A stretch of 64,000 nucleotides of DNA from Gammaproteobacteria bacterium. GTDB taxonomy: Bacteria; Pseudomonadota; Gammaproteobacteria; Pseudomonadales; Pseudohongiellaceae. A program made the translations under genes and the position numbers. This document shows positions 9,689-18,502 of the stretch, piece after piece. Position 1 is the stretch's first letter; every line of letters starts with the position of its first letter. Below the pieces are notes generated by a model. It saw only the letters and a list, made by a program, of their open reading frames with translations. It made no database searches and was not told where the DNA came from. The stretch spans positions 4,976 to 68,975 of the forward strand of contig JAPORB010000244.1 in the NCBI GenBank assembly GCA_026710425.1. The letters are read 5' to 3'.

Positions 9689-11221
9689 TCACGCCGCTTG
9701 CTCAGTGCCCACTGAGGACTCAGTCAGTGATTCCTTGCTGGTGCTGGTATTGCCCAGAAATTGTAAAACTCCATCATTAACCGGACCATGACGCAGTAAC
9801 TTTCTGTCCAACAAGTAATTCTGCGTATTATGCCAAGGAGGCTGATCGCCCTGACGCGGAAACAAATGCATCGCCCGCTGTATGTAACCTGGGTTGAAAT
9901 CGGCCATCCAGTCCTTCTCATGCATGTTTTGCTCATCCTCAGATAACACAGGTACCACGCGAGTACTTTGGGTGGCATCCATTTTCTTAAGCAAGTCACA
10001 GACAAATCGGGAGTTGAGATCAGCGCGCAGGGTCCAGGATGCATTAACATAGCCAAACGTCTGAATCAGATTAGGCACGTTGGAGAACATCATTCCATGA
10101 TACATAAAACGTTTTGGAAAATTTATCGCCTCACCATCCTGAAAGAATTTTACATCCCCCATAAACTGGAGCTGCAGACCAGTTGCAGTAATCAGAATAT
10201 CGCATTCAACCGTAGAACCATCGTCTAGCCTTACGCCCGTCTGCGTAATGCGTTCAATCTGTGCTGTGCAGACTTCAGCCTTACCAGAATTGAGCGCATG
10301 GAACAGGTCAGAATCTGGAACCAGGCACATTCGTTGAGTCCAGGGATCGTAGCTCGGTGTGAAATGAGTAGCCACATCAATATCGTCTTTCAGAGCCTTA
10401 TTTACCCGACTCAACAGCCAAGCTTTCATCTTTTGTGGATCGTTGCGAGAGCGCCGATAGACATGATTTTGAAAGCGGATATTGCGCCATCTCACCACAG
10501 AATAGGCCCAGGTCTCGGGTAAAATTTTGCATAGAAGTTTATAGAGTCTATCCTGCTCCGGCATGGACACAATATAGGTCGGCGATCGCTGGATCATGGT
10601 GATATGGTTGGCGTTTGCGACCATGGCAGGAACCAGAGTCACGGCGGTTGCTCCGCTACCAATGACCGCGATTTTCTTGCCTCGGTAATCAAGGTCTTCT
10701 GGCCAGTGCTGCGGATGCACCAGCTTGCCTTCAAACTCATCCAGTCCGGGCAGATCTGGTGTGTAACCAGCCTCATAATCATAATAACCGCTGCACATGA
10801 ACAGCAGGCGACCACGCACCTGTTTCACTTCCCCGGTATTACTCAGGGTGCTCACGGTCCAAAGAGCTGCGCTGCTGTCCCAAGCGGCAGAAGTAACTTT
10901 CAGACCGAACTGAATATGCTTCTCAACCCCATATTCTTCAATTGTTTCCCGCAGGTAACTGAGTATGGATGGTCCATCTGCCAATGCTTTGGGGTTGGTC
11001 CAAGGTTTGAAATTAAAACCAAAAGTAAGCATGTCGCTGTCAGATCTGATCCCTGGATAACGAAACAGATCCCAGGTACCACCGATGGAATTTCTGGCTT
11101 CCAGGATGGTGTAGCGTTTTTCGGGGCATAGTTTATGCAGATGGCATGCAGCGGAGATCCCGGAAATACCGGCCCCAACAATGATGACATCCTGTATTTC
11201 AGCATTTGTCATAAATAACAC
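9689..11221 (-). CDS. type I Baeyer-Villiger / flavin-containing monooxygenase (EthA-like)
   Basis: Two Rossmann motifs (VGAGISG and IGSGATA) flank the BVMO fingerprint FxGxxxHxxxWP, present as FEGKLVHPQHWP. The real start is probably ATG 11212 (MTNAEIQDV...). Confidence 0.85.
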   Translation of the reverse strand: MLFMTNAEIQDVIIVGAGISGISAACHLHKLCPEKRYTILEARNSIGGTWDLFRYPGIRSDSDMLTFGFNFKPWTNPKALADGPSILSYLRETIEEYGVEKHIQFGLKVTSAAWDSSAALWTVSTLSNTGEVKQVRGRLLFMCSGYYDYEAGYTPDLPGLDEFEGKLVHPQHWPEDLDYRGKKIAVIGSGATAVTLVPAMVANANHITMIQRSPTYIVSMPEQDRLYKLLCKILPETWAYSVVRWRNIRFQNHVYRRSRNDPQKMKAWLLSRVNKALKDDIDVATHFTPSYDPWTQRMCLVPDSDLFHALNSGKAEVCTAQIERITQTGVRLDDGSTVECDILITATGLQLQFMGDVKFFQDGEAINFPKRFMYHGMMFSNVPNLIQTFGYVNASWTLRADLNSRFVCDLLKKMDATQSTRVVPVLSEDEQNMHEKDWMADFNPGYIQRAMHLFPRQGDQPPWHNTQNYLLDRKLLRHGPVNDGVLQFLGNTSTSKESLTESSVGTEQAA

Positions 11222-11679
11222 TCTAGTTCAAGATGACCTAGGTTTCTTTCCACCAGCCGACATCTCATGTGAATGAGTGCAAAGAGTATAAAGCATTTGG
11301 TTGAGAATTTCTGCCTGCCTGAACTCTTTCTATGTGTATATTCACTTGCTGGCAAGGGGTTCAACGATATCGCGGCTTTTTTCGATCATGTCGGCAAGTA
11401 AAGAGGAAGACGAGCTAAAAATTATATGCTTAATGTGAGTTAGCTCTTATGGAGAGATTGATCCCGTAAGTCATGGGAAAATTGAATCCTGCGCAGTGTG
11501 AATTACAGCGTGATTGTTTGGAAAAGTCTATCCACGCAAACTGGTGAATTAGTTCGAAACTAGTCTTAAAAAATACTCTTAACCCTTTTACAACAATCTG
11601 CCCTTTCTTTACACTAACTGTAAGCGAACCACTTATTATAGGATTCAACTTTCGCAGTCCCCAATCTGGAGAATATAGA

Positions 11680-12798
11680 ATGTGCAGAGTGAGCATCGGC
11701 AAATGCCTGTCGTGTCTGACCAGCCTGCTGGCTAGTTTATCACTGCTGTCAGCAGCCTCGGCACAGATCACACCCGAAGAGATCTCCATTGAAACCATGG
11801 CTGACCCCGGCCCTAACTGGTTTATCTCCAAATCTGAAATGGGTGGCTACATATTCGATGCCGAGTCCGGCGAAATGAAAGGTCTGCTCTCACTCTCTAG
11901 GCGCACCCCGGCAGTCACGACCTATGCTCCGCGAAAAGAGTTCTATGCCGCTGAATCCTACTTCGCTCGAGAGGTGCATGGTGAACGCACTGATCTGGTG
12001 GCCATTTACGATTTCGATAATCTTAGCCCGGTCGCCGAAGTAATCATCCCCAATCACATGGCCCGACTGCAGGTACGGAGTCATCTCGGTCTAATGAACA
12101 ACGGTCGCCATCTTGCTGTGATGAACATGAATCCGGGTCATTCAGTATCAATCGTTGATGTGCAGGACCGGGTCTTTATCTACGAAATATCCACGCCCGG
12201 CTGTGCGGTGATCATGCCAGTAGCCCAGAACGATTTTCTCCAGGTCTGCGGAGATGGCACGCTGCAGCTGATACAGCTGGACCTCAGTGGATTTGAAGAA
12301 AACCGGGTGCGCAGTGATGTTTTCTTTGATGTAATTGAGGATGCGGTCTTTGACCGAGCAACACCCAGTGCCAATGGCTGGATTCTGAGTACTCATGCCG
12401 GAGTAATATTCGAGGTGAGTACCGATGATGATGACATCCTGATCGAAGAAAGTTGGAGCTTGGTAAGCCCTGATGAAAGAGAATGGCGCCCTGGCGGGGA
12501 GGAATTCATTACCGCCCATAAGGAATACGGTCTGCTCTATGTGTTGATGCATGAAGGCAAGGTTGATACCCACCATGAGCCAGGCAGTGAGGTATGGGTT
12601 TACGATTTGACAACCCGCAACCGGGTTTTTCGTCTTGAGCTGGATGGAGCAGCACAAAGCGTCATGGTGACCCAGGAGGAAAATCCCAGGTTGATCCTTA
12701 ACGGAACAGATGGCGGCATTGATGTATATGATGCCCTCAGCTTTGCGCATCACCGGCACATTGTGACCCCCGGTTCTCATCACTTTGAGGATTTTTAA
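11680..12798 (+). CDS. mauB: TTQ-dependent amine dehydrogenase, heavy (large) subunit
   Basis: GGAG lies 8 nt upstream. It has a signal peptide (LLSAASAQ). It is collinear with methylamine dehydrogenase heavy chains as recalled (ARxxHGERTD, xDxxxLxP, WRPGG), and its size fits a seven-bladed propeller. It sits first in a mauB-E-D-A gene order. Confidence 0.85.
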   Translation: MCRVSIGKCLSCLTSLLASLSLLSAASAQITPEEISIETMADPGPNWFISKSEMGGYIFDAESGEMKGLLSLSRRTPAVTTYAPRKEFYAAESYFAREVHGERTDLVAIYDFDNLSPVAEVIIPNHMARLQVRSHLGLMNNGRHLAVMNMNPGHSVSIVDVQDRVFIYEISTPGCAVIMPVAQNDFLQVCGDGTLQLIQLDLSGFEENRVRSDVFFDVIEDAVFDRATPSANGWILSTHAGVIFEVSTDDDDILIEESWSLVSPDEREWRPGGEEFITAHKEYGLLYVLMHEGKVDTHHEPGSEVWVYDLTTRNRVFRLELDGAAQSVMVTQEENPRLILNGTDGGIDVYDALSFAHHRHIVTPGSHHFEDF

Positions 12799-12900
12799 AG
12801 CGCAGCGGCCAATACAGGCTAGTCACAGATCCACCGCTGAAAGATCGACAGCAAGACTTGTTATTCAAATTACTGATACCTGTTAATTTACCTAATCAAA

Positions 12901-13503
12901 GTGCAGACCCTAATAAACATTGCAACCATGGATCCAGCTCCTCACGCTCTGATTAGTATCTTCTTCTCGGTTCTGCTGCTCGGTGCTTCGCTTCATAAAT
13001 TTTCCGATCGTGTGCGGTTTCAGGGCATTGTGAGTTCCTACCGACTAGTCCCTGCGCCCCTGTTGGTAACAATCGCCCTGGGCATACCGGTATTGGAACT
13101 GGGCATTGGCCTGGCATGGCTGGTTGGCTTGCAGCCCAAGCTGGTGGCACTGGCAACTGCTTTATTGCTGACGACCTATACTCTGGCAATAGGTATCAAT
13201 ATCTTGCGCAACAACACCGAAATTGATTGTGGTTGCGGATTCAGTGGTACCACTGACAAGTCCACCAGCTACCAGACTTTGACGCTGGCCCTACCATTGC
13301 GCAACATACTGCTTATTGCTCTAGCATTACTGCCACTGTTGCCAACCACTCACAGACTGCTGGGCCTTGTCGATTACCTTAGCATTGCCTTGGGGAGCGT
13401 AGTAATGCTGTTGCTTTATGCGGCATTGAATCAGCTAATGGCCAACTGGCAAATCATCAATAACTGGCGAAGCGGTCGTGGCGAAGGTCCTGCTCATGGA
13501 TGA
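12901..13503 (+). CDS. mauE: methylamine utilisation protein MauE (membrane, TTQ-enzyme maturation)
   Basis: Polytopic membrane protein with the family hallmark IDCGCG and the expected position between heavy-chain and MauD genes. An alternative start is ATG 12928. Confidence 0.8.
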   Translation: MQTLINIATMDPAPHALISIFFSVLLLGASLHKFSDRVRFQGIVSSYRLVPAPLLVTIALGIPVLELGIGLAWLVGLQPKLVALATALLLTTYTLAIGINILRNNTEIDCGCGFSGTTDKSTSYQTLTLALPLRNILLIALALLPLLPTTHRLLGLVDYLSIALGSVVMLLLYAALNQLMANWQIINNWRSGRGEGPAHG

Positions 13504-14134
13504 GGCTTTAATTGTCTCGAATGTTCTGTTGTGGCTGGTGGTGGTTGTACTCGCCCTGCTGGTTTTTGCCCTCACCCGTCAAGTGGGTATATTGCATGAA
13601 CGGATTGCTCCTGCTGGAGCATTGCAACCAACCAACGGACCAAAAGTGGGAGAGTTGACGACAGCGATGGCACTGCGTGGTGTCGATGGTGGGGAAGTTA
13701 CCATTGGCGGAGAACACCAGGGAGGATTGGCCACTTTCGTACTATTCATCTCGCCAAGTTGCCCTGTTTGCAAGTCACTGGTTCCGACCGCCCGCTCTCT
13801 GGTTCATTCGGAAAGAAACCGGATGAGGCTTGTGTTTGCCAGCGATGGTGCTGAAACGCCGGAAGAGCTGAAGCAGCACGCCGATTACGTGAGTAATCTG
13901 CAAATCACGGCCTACCCTTATGTTATTTCCCAGGCCCTAGGGCTGCATTACCAGGTGAGCAAGTTGCCTTTTGCCTTGTTGATCAGCAGTGATGGGACTC
14001 TGAAAAGTAAAGGGCTGGTGAATACCAGAGAACACATGGAAAGTCTGATTGAAGCCATGGACAGTGGTATTAGCACAGTGCAGGAATTCACAGGAAAAAT
14101 ACAACCCAAAAACGCAATGGAACAAACCTCATGA
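13478..14134 (+). CDS. mauD: MauD, thioredoxin-fold disulfide oxidoreductase for light-subunit maturation
   Basis: N-terminal TM anchor followed by a thioredoxin fold with SPSCPVCK. The likely start is ATG 13496, which overlaps the mauE stop (ATGGATGA). The stop overlaps the mauA start (ATGA). Confidence 0.8.
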   Translation: MAKVLLMDEALIVSNVLLWLVVVVLALLVFALTRQVGILHERIAPAGALQPTNGPKVGELTTAMALRGVDGGEVTIGGEHQGGLATFVLFISPSCPVCKSLVPTARSLVHSERNRMRLVFASDGAETPEELKQHADYVSNLQITAYPYVISQALGLHYQVSKLPFALLISSDGTLKSKGLVNTREHMESLIEAMDSGISTVQEFTGKIQPKNAMEQTS

Positions 14135-14676
14135 TGCTTGACAAACTGGTTGACCGAACCTGCTATTGGGTGGATGAGAATGCTCGACAGACAGCACTTG
14201 CATTCGCCCGCCGACTGTCGCGCCGCAGTTTCCTATCCCGCCTTGGCTTATTCCTGGCTGGGGCCGCTTACTTTCCACTGTTGCCAGTAGCCCGTTCCTT
14301 TGCTCAGGATTCGGTACAGGAGGTCGGGGACCCACAAAGTTGTGACTACTGGCGCTACTGCGCTATGAGCGGCACCCTTTGTAGCTGCTGTGGCGGATCC
14401 TTTACTACATGTCCCCCCGGTTCCCAACCCTCTCCCATTACCTGGGTGGGAACCTGTCGCAATCCGGTAGATGGCCAAGATTACCTTATGTCCTATAACG
14501 ACTGCTGTGGCAAGGCAGTATGCGAGCGTTGTGGTTGCCACAATACCGAAGGCGACAAACCACTTTACTTCAACAGCAATAGCAACACCGTCATCTGGTG
14601 TTTTGGCACAGAAGACACCAGCTATCACTGTACCGTATCTCTAGTGTTGGGTACCGCTGACGAACAGGGGAACTGA
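14131..14676 (+). CDS. mauA: TTQ-dependent amine dehydrogenase, light (small) subunit precursor
   Basis: Long Tat-type leader (RRLSRRSFLSRLGLFLAGAAY...SFAQ). The Cys-rich mature domain CDYWRYCAMSGTLCSCCGG...TWVGTCRNP...DCCG...VIWCFG...YHCT matches methylamine and aromatic amine dehydrogenase light chains, including both TTQ Trp contexts (TWVG and IWCFG). Confidence 0.9.
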   Translation: MMLDKLVDRTCYWVDENARQTALAFARRLSRRSFLSRLGLFLAGAAYFPLLPVARSFAQDSVQEVGDPQSCDYWRYCAMSGTLCSCCGGSFTTCPPGSQPSPITWVGTCRNPVDGQDYLMSYNDCCGKAVCERCGCHNTEGDKPLYFNSNSNTVIWCFGTEDTSYHCTVSLVLGTADEQGN

Positions 14677-15107
14677 TGGCCGCCGGGAACAAAATTTTAG
14701 TTCTCGGCGGACTGGTAATGGTGTTTACTACCCTGCTCATTCCCGGTGACTTACTTTTCGCCGCCTCAGCGCGCACCAACTACTTGTTGTACTGTAGTGG
14801 CTGTCATTTGGTCAATGGTAAAGGCAATCATCCCAATGTCCCGACTTTGCATAACGAATTAGGTCGTATGATGACGGTTCCGGCAATGCGTGAGTACCTA
14901 GTCAGGATTCCAGGGGCAGCCCAGGCCCCTATCAACGATGAAGAGTTATCGGCGGTCATCAACTGGGTTCTGCAACAATGGAATGCAGATACCTTACCTG
15001 CAGGGTTCAAAAAGCTAACGCAGGCTGAAGTGACCGCCGCCCGACAGGAGATTCTGGCCGACCCTTTGCGCTACCGAGCCCAGCACTGGAAAGACCTGCC
15101 TCACTAA
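14676..15107 (+). CDS. monohaem c-type cytochrome, probable electron acceptor of the amine dehydrogenase
   Basis: 143 aa with an N-terminal signal or anchor, a single CSGCH haem-binding motif and a downstream Met-rich stretch (GRMMTVPAM). The ATG overlaps the mauA TGA by 1 nt. Confidence 0.75.
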   Translation: MAAGNKILVLGGLVMVFTTLLIPGDLLFAASARTNYLLYCSGCHLVNGKGNHPNVPTLHNELGRMMTVPAMREYLVRIPGAAQAPINDEELSAVINWVLQQWNADTLPAGFKKLTQAEVTAARQEILADPLRYRAQHWKDLPH

Positions 15108-15320
15108 CTGCCTTGATTCAATCCTTTATTTACCATTCGGTGCGTTACTTCTTTTTCTTTGCAGAGCAGTACCATTCTTGTCGATTTCTGCACGGGCCTG
15201 CAGATTTACGGCCATTGATGTTTTAGTATTTCATTTTTTTTGATCCATTTTAGATCAGTCAATTCACATACCGCATAGTCCGTAGATCCATCAAAGGTTT
15301 ATTGTTCGGGTCCAGACTGA

Positions 15321-15635
15321 TCAATTGGCATTGGTCAAGCGATACTTTTCATTCGCCCAGAGGTAAGAAGGCAGGGCAAAGGATAGGCCAATGCCGAGAT
15401 TGAGCACAATAAATATCCACGGGGCGGGACCATGATCACTCCGGCTGAACATAAACAGCCAGAACGCTACCGAGCTGATCACTAGGTCCGCAGTAAAACC
15501 GCCAACAGCACCATTGGCTAATAAGCTGCCGATGAATAACGGTGCATCTGCACCATTGCTGCTGAAAAACTCAAAGAAAAACCACCAGGGCATCACAGCC
15601 CCTATACAAGCCAAAATCAGATAGACAGTCTTCAT
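15321..15635 (-). CDS. small integral membrane protein (DUF2834-like, from memory)
   Basis: 104 aa with three to four hydrophobic helices and clean coding composition. The family assignment is only recollection. Confidence 0.5.
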   Translation of the reverse strand: MKTVYLILACIGAVMPWWFFFEFFSSNGADAPLFIGSLLANGAVGGFTADLVISSVAFWLFMFSRSDHGPAPWIFIVLNLGIGLSFALPSYLWANEKYRLTNAN

Positions 15636-15690
15636 TAGTTTCTGCTTGAACCTCCTGTTTCTCGTCGAAACTGCAAACGGCAGTACTCAA

Positions 15691-16575
15691 TCAGTTAAGT
15701 TGGGGCAGACTTTGGCTGAGTCCATTCAGAATATCTGTGCAATCATCAGCCAATTTAAGTGCAAATAGGTTGTCAGCCCGAGTCAGACCCTCATTAATGC
15801 ACAGCAGGGGAATATTCATTTGTCTGGCCTGTTTGCAAAAGCGGTAACTGGAGTAAACCATCAGCGAGGTACCTACGGCCAATAAAGCATCCACCTGCTC
15901 AAGGATTTTACTCAGATGCTTAATCATCTTAGCTTCTACAGATCCCCCGTAAAAAACCACGTTGGGTTTGAGCAAACCCCCGCAACGCGAGCAGTTTGGT
16001 ATACGCAATTTGTGGACCAGCGTATCCTGTATATGGGCATCGCCATCAGGGGCAGGCTCTGCCCCAAGGTCATCTAATCGGGGATTATGCTCCCTTAGCC
16101 AGTGCTGAATGTCATTGCGTGAATGCAGGGCATCACATTCCATGCATATTACCTGATCAAGGCGGCCATGCAAATCGAACACATGCTTTTGACCAGCCTT
16201 TTGATGCAAGCGATCTATGTTCTGCGTGACCAATGTCTGGATGTAACCCAGCTCCTCTAGCCGCACCAGTGCCCGGTGAGCCTGATTCGGTTGGGCATTG
16301 GCTACGGTGGGCCAACCATAAAAACTACGCATCCAGTAGGACTGGCGAGATGCAGGATCACTCATAAAATCGCTATGCTGAACTGGTGTTCTGCTCTGCC
16401 AGTTACCCTTAGTATCCCGATAGGCAGGAATTCCCGATTCACAACTGATGCCCGCACCCGTGATGACAAACAGTCGTGGATGATTGGCTATAAACTCTTG
16501 AAGCTCGGATAGAGTTCCTTCAGGCACTGGCTCTGGGGCAATAGGTTCAGGGTTCCTCAGTAAAATATTACGCAT
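15691..16575 (-). CDS. NAD-dependent protein deacylase, Sir2 family
   Basis: Motifs are GAGISCESGIPAYRD, TQNIDRLH and HG, plus a Zn ribbon (CMEC...CSRCGG) and the C-terminal Rossmann half VGTSLMVYS. Confidence 0.85.
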   Translation of the reverse strand: MRNILLRNPEPIAPEPVPEGTLSELQEFIANHPRLFVITGAGISCESGIPAYRDTKGNWQSRTPVQHSDFMSDPASRQSYWMRSFYGWPTVANAQPNQAHRALVRLEELGYIQTLVTQNIDRLHQKAGQKHVFDLHGRLDQVICMECDALHSRNDIQHWLREHNPRLDDLGAEPAPDGDAHIQDTLVHKLRIPNCSRCGGLLKPNVVFYGGSVEAKMIKHLSKILEQVDALLAVGTSLMVYSSYRFCKQARQMNIPLLCINEGLTRADNLFALKLADDCTDILNGLSQSLPQLN

Positions 16576-17374
16576 TCAGGAAGCCCCTGCTCGGTTTGGA
16601 AAACTCAGGCGTTTCACAATTGAGTTGAAATCAACTGACTTGTGTTTCGAGGTAGACTTATGCAAGTTAGTATCCACGTATCCTCTCAAAGTAACAGTTC
16701 CGGGAAGTATCTCGAAACCAGGATTAAATGTGGCAAGAACCGATGCCAATTCAAGCAATACCTCCCGGTCTCTTTGCAACTTAGTCGCACCTGAAAGTGC
16801 TTGATGTTCATTGATTACCCTATGCATATCACCAAAGTTATATATATGGGAGTGAGAATAGACAATGGTTATCACTGGAAACTGACCAAGATACTCTGTG
16901 GCAAGGTCGAAGGTAGCTACTACTGTTTTACTGGTAAGCAGCACATCAAAAATAATCCAGCCTCTGTCTCGTTTGACCATTGCCATATTAGCCAAATCGA
17001 AACCATGCGCCTGGTGCATGAAATACGATACCACTTCAAAAAACCCAAAATTCATATTCAGAGTTTTCTGACGTTATAGCCAGGTATATGCTGTTGAACT
17101 GCTCACCTTTAGGCAGAAAATCATAACGTCCCTTATCCCAGACTACACTGCTATTTTCGCAGGAAATCTGCCGCGTGCCTGGTTCGGCTATGAATCCTTT
17201 TGTCGCCTTAACGCCGCCTCAAATTCACGCCCGTCTTCAAATGGAAGAGTCACCCTCAATTGAGACTGCTAGGCAACTGGTGCTGACGTTTGTACCTTTG
17301 GAATTAAGATGATCTTGAGCATTGATTTTTCCTGCAAGCAACAACATCGGTATGGCAAGCAGTAAACGAGGCAT
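16576..17374 (-). pseudogene. decayed alkyl/aryl-sulfatase (SdsA1/YjcS-type MBL-fold) gene
   Basis: Three collinear pieces lie on the minus strand. (1) ATG 17374 opens a signal peptide, MPRLLLAIPMLLLAGKINAQD, that hits a stop. (2) Another frame reads PFEDGREFEAALRRQKGFIAEPG...VVWDKGRYDFLPKGE. (3) ORF 16576..17055 has GFDLANMAMVKRDRGWIIFDVLLT and a corrupted metal motif YSHSHIYNFG (expected HxHxDHxGG). It then jumps directly to the C-terminal LLELASVLATFNPGFEILPG, so several hundred residues are missing. Confidence 0.6.
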
Positions 17375-18032
17375 TAACTAGGCTAATTTATATCCAGACG
17401 GCGGCATTGCATAAAAGCGAACAATATTAATCATAGAATTTTCTCCATGAGTCGATGGTCATGACGTTCATAGAGGGGCACCTTTGACTCTATGCCAGAT
17501 ATTATAGCCAATGACTGATTGAATTGATCCTAAGCTGGAAAGAAGTAGGTGAAACTCAGCGGCAGATAAGCTGGAAACGACTGATTACCACCATGTCGAG
17601 TTGCATATTACTGTCGGTTGCGGATAATCGCGCTTTAACTGGCAGTATTCAGCGATTCATGGTTTATCACCGTCAGTTCCTTCACAGTTCGACAGGAGTT
17701 TTTCCGAATCCAGCTGGCCGTGGTAATCTCCCTGCGGCACACCACTCTTTGCCTTGCAGGCATAGTCTGGTTCCAGACATGCAGTTCCTCAGCAGACATA
17801 TTGTCAAATATAGGATGACTGGAATGGCAAGACGTCATAGAAGCATCATACCAAGCGAAAACAGAGTGCCTATAGGTAGCAGTCACCTAGTTTGATTCAT
17901 TATTTTTGATGCACTTCACTATTGTAAATTAACAGAAATAGGTTTTAGAAGATACCTGTTAGTCATCAATATTGGTAAGATCTTGCTAACTTTTTGTCAT
18001 AGATACAAGCTTGATATTCCATACCAGTAAAA

Positions 18033-18488
18033 CTACTTGCGTACCACCAACAGAACACCAACAGCCATGATGATCACACCAATCAATCTTTGCAAGTTAA
18101 TCGATGTTTGTGGTGCTCCCATCAGGCCAAACTGATCAATCATCATCATAGAAATAAGTTGACCAATAAGAACAAAAGAAACAGCATTCCCGATACCAAA
18201 ATTTGGGGCGACCCAAGTGATACTCATGATATAGAACACTACAAAGAAGCCACCAAGGTAATAGTAGATCGGCAAATTTTCAGCCAGCAGAGATCTCGGT
18301 TTGTCCTCAAATATCAGCAAACAGGCTATCGACAACAGAGTTGCAAGCCCGAAAAGAATGGTGGCACCCAGAGCCGGACTTTGCAGCCTCTCACTAAGAC
18401 CGGCATTGAGGGCAGCCATGGTGGGGATACCGATTCCTGCCAGTAGCATAATCGCTGCATAGGTAAGGGTGTTCTGGGGCAGCAACAA
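18033..18488 (-). CDS. DMT-superfamily small membrane protein (YdcZ/DUF606-like)
   Basis: 151 aa with five hydrophobic helices. The motif GQLISMMMIDQFGLMG matches the DUF606 pattern as recalled. Confidence 0.6.
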   Translation of the reverse strand: MLLPQNTLTYAAIMLLAGIGIPTMAALNAGLSERLQSPALGATILFGLATLLSIACLLIFEDKPRSLLAENLPIYYYLGGFFVVFYIMSITWVAPNFGIGNAVSFVLIGQLISMMMIDQFGLMGAPQTSINLQRLIGVIIMAVGVLLVVRK

Positions 18489-18502
18489 TAGTTTCCTCTG
18501 TC

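Noticed and set aside
11430-11831. 133-aa minus-strand ORF spanning the mauB promoter and start, considered as a possible missing regulator
   Set aside because: It overlaps the mauB signal-peptide coding region and its GGAG ribosome-binding site. It has no helix-turn-helix or other regulator motif.
12148-12783. 211-aa minus-strand ORF inside the amine dehydrogenase heavy-chain gene
   Set aside because: It is antisense to a well-supported coding frame, with no motifs and no ribosome-binding site. It is a shadow ORF.
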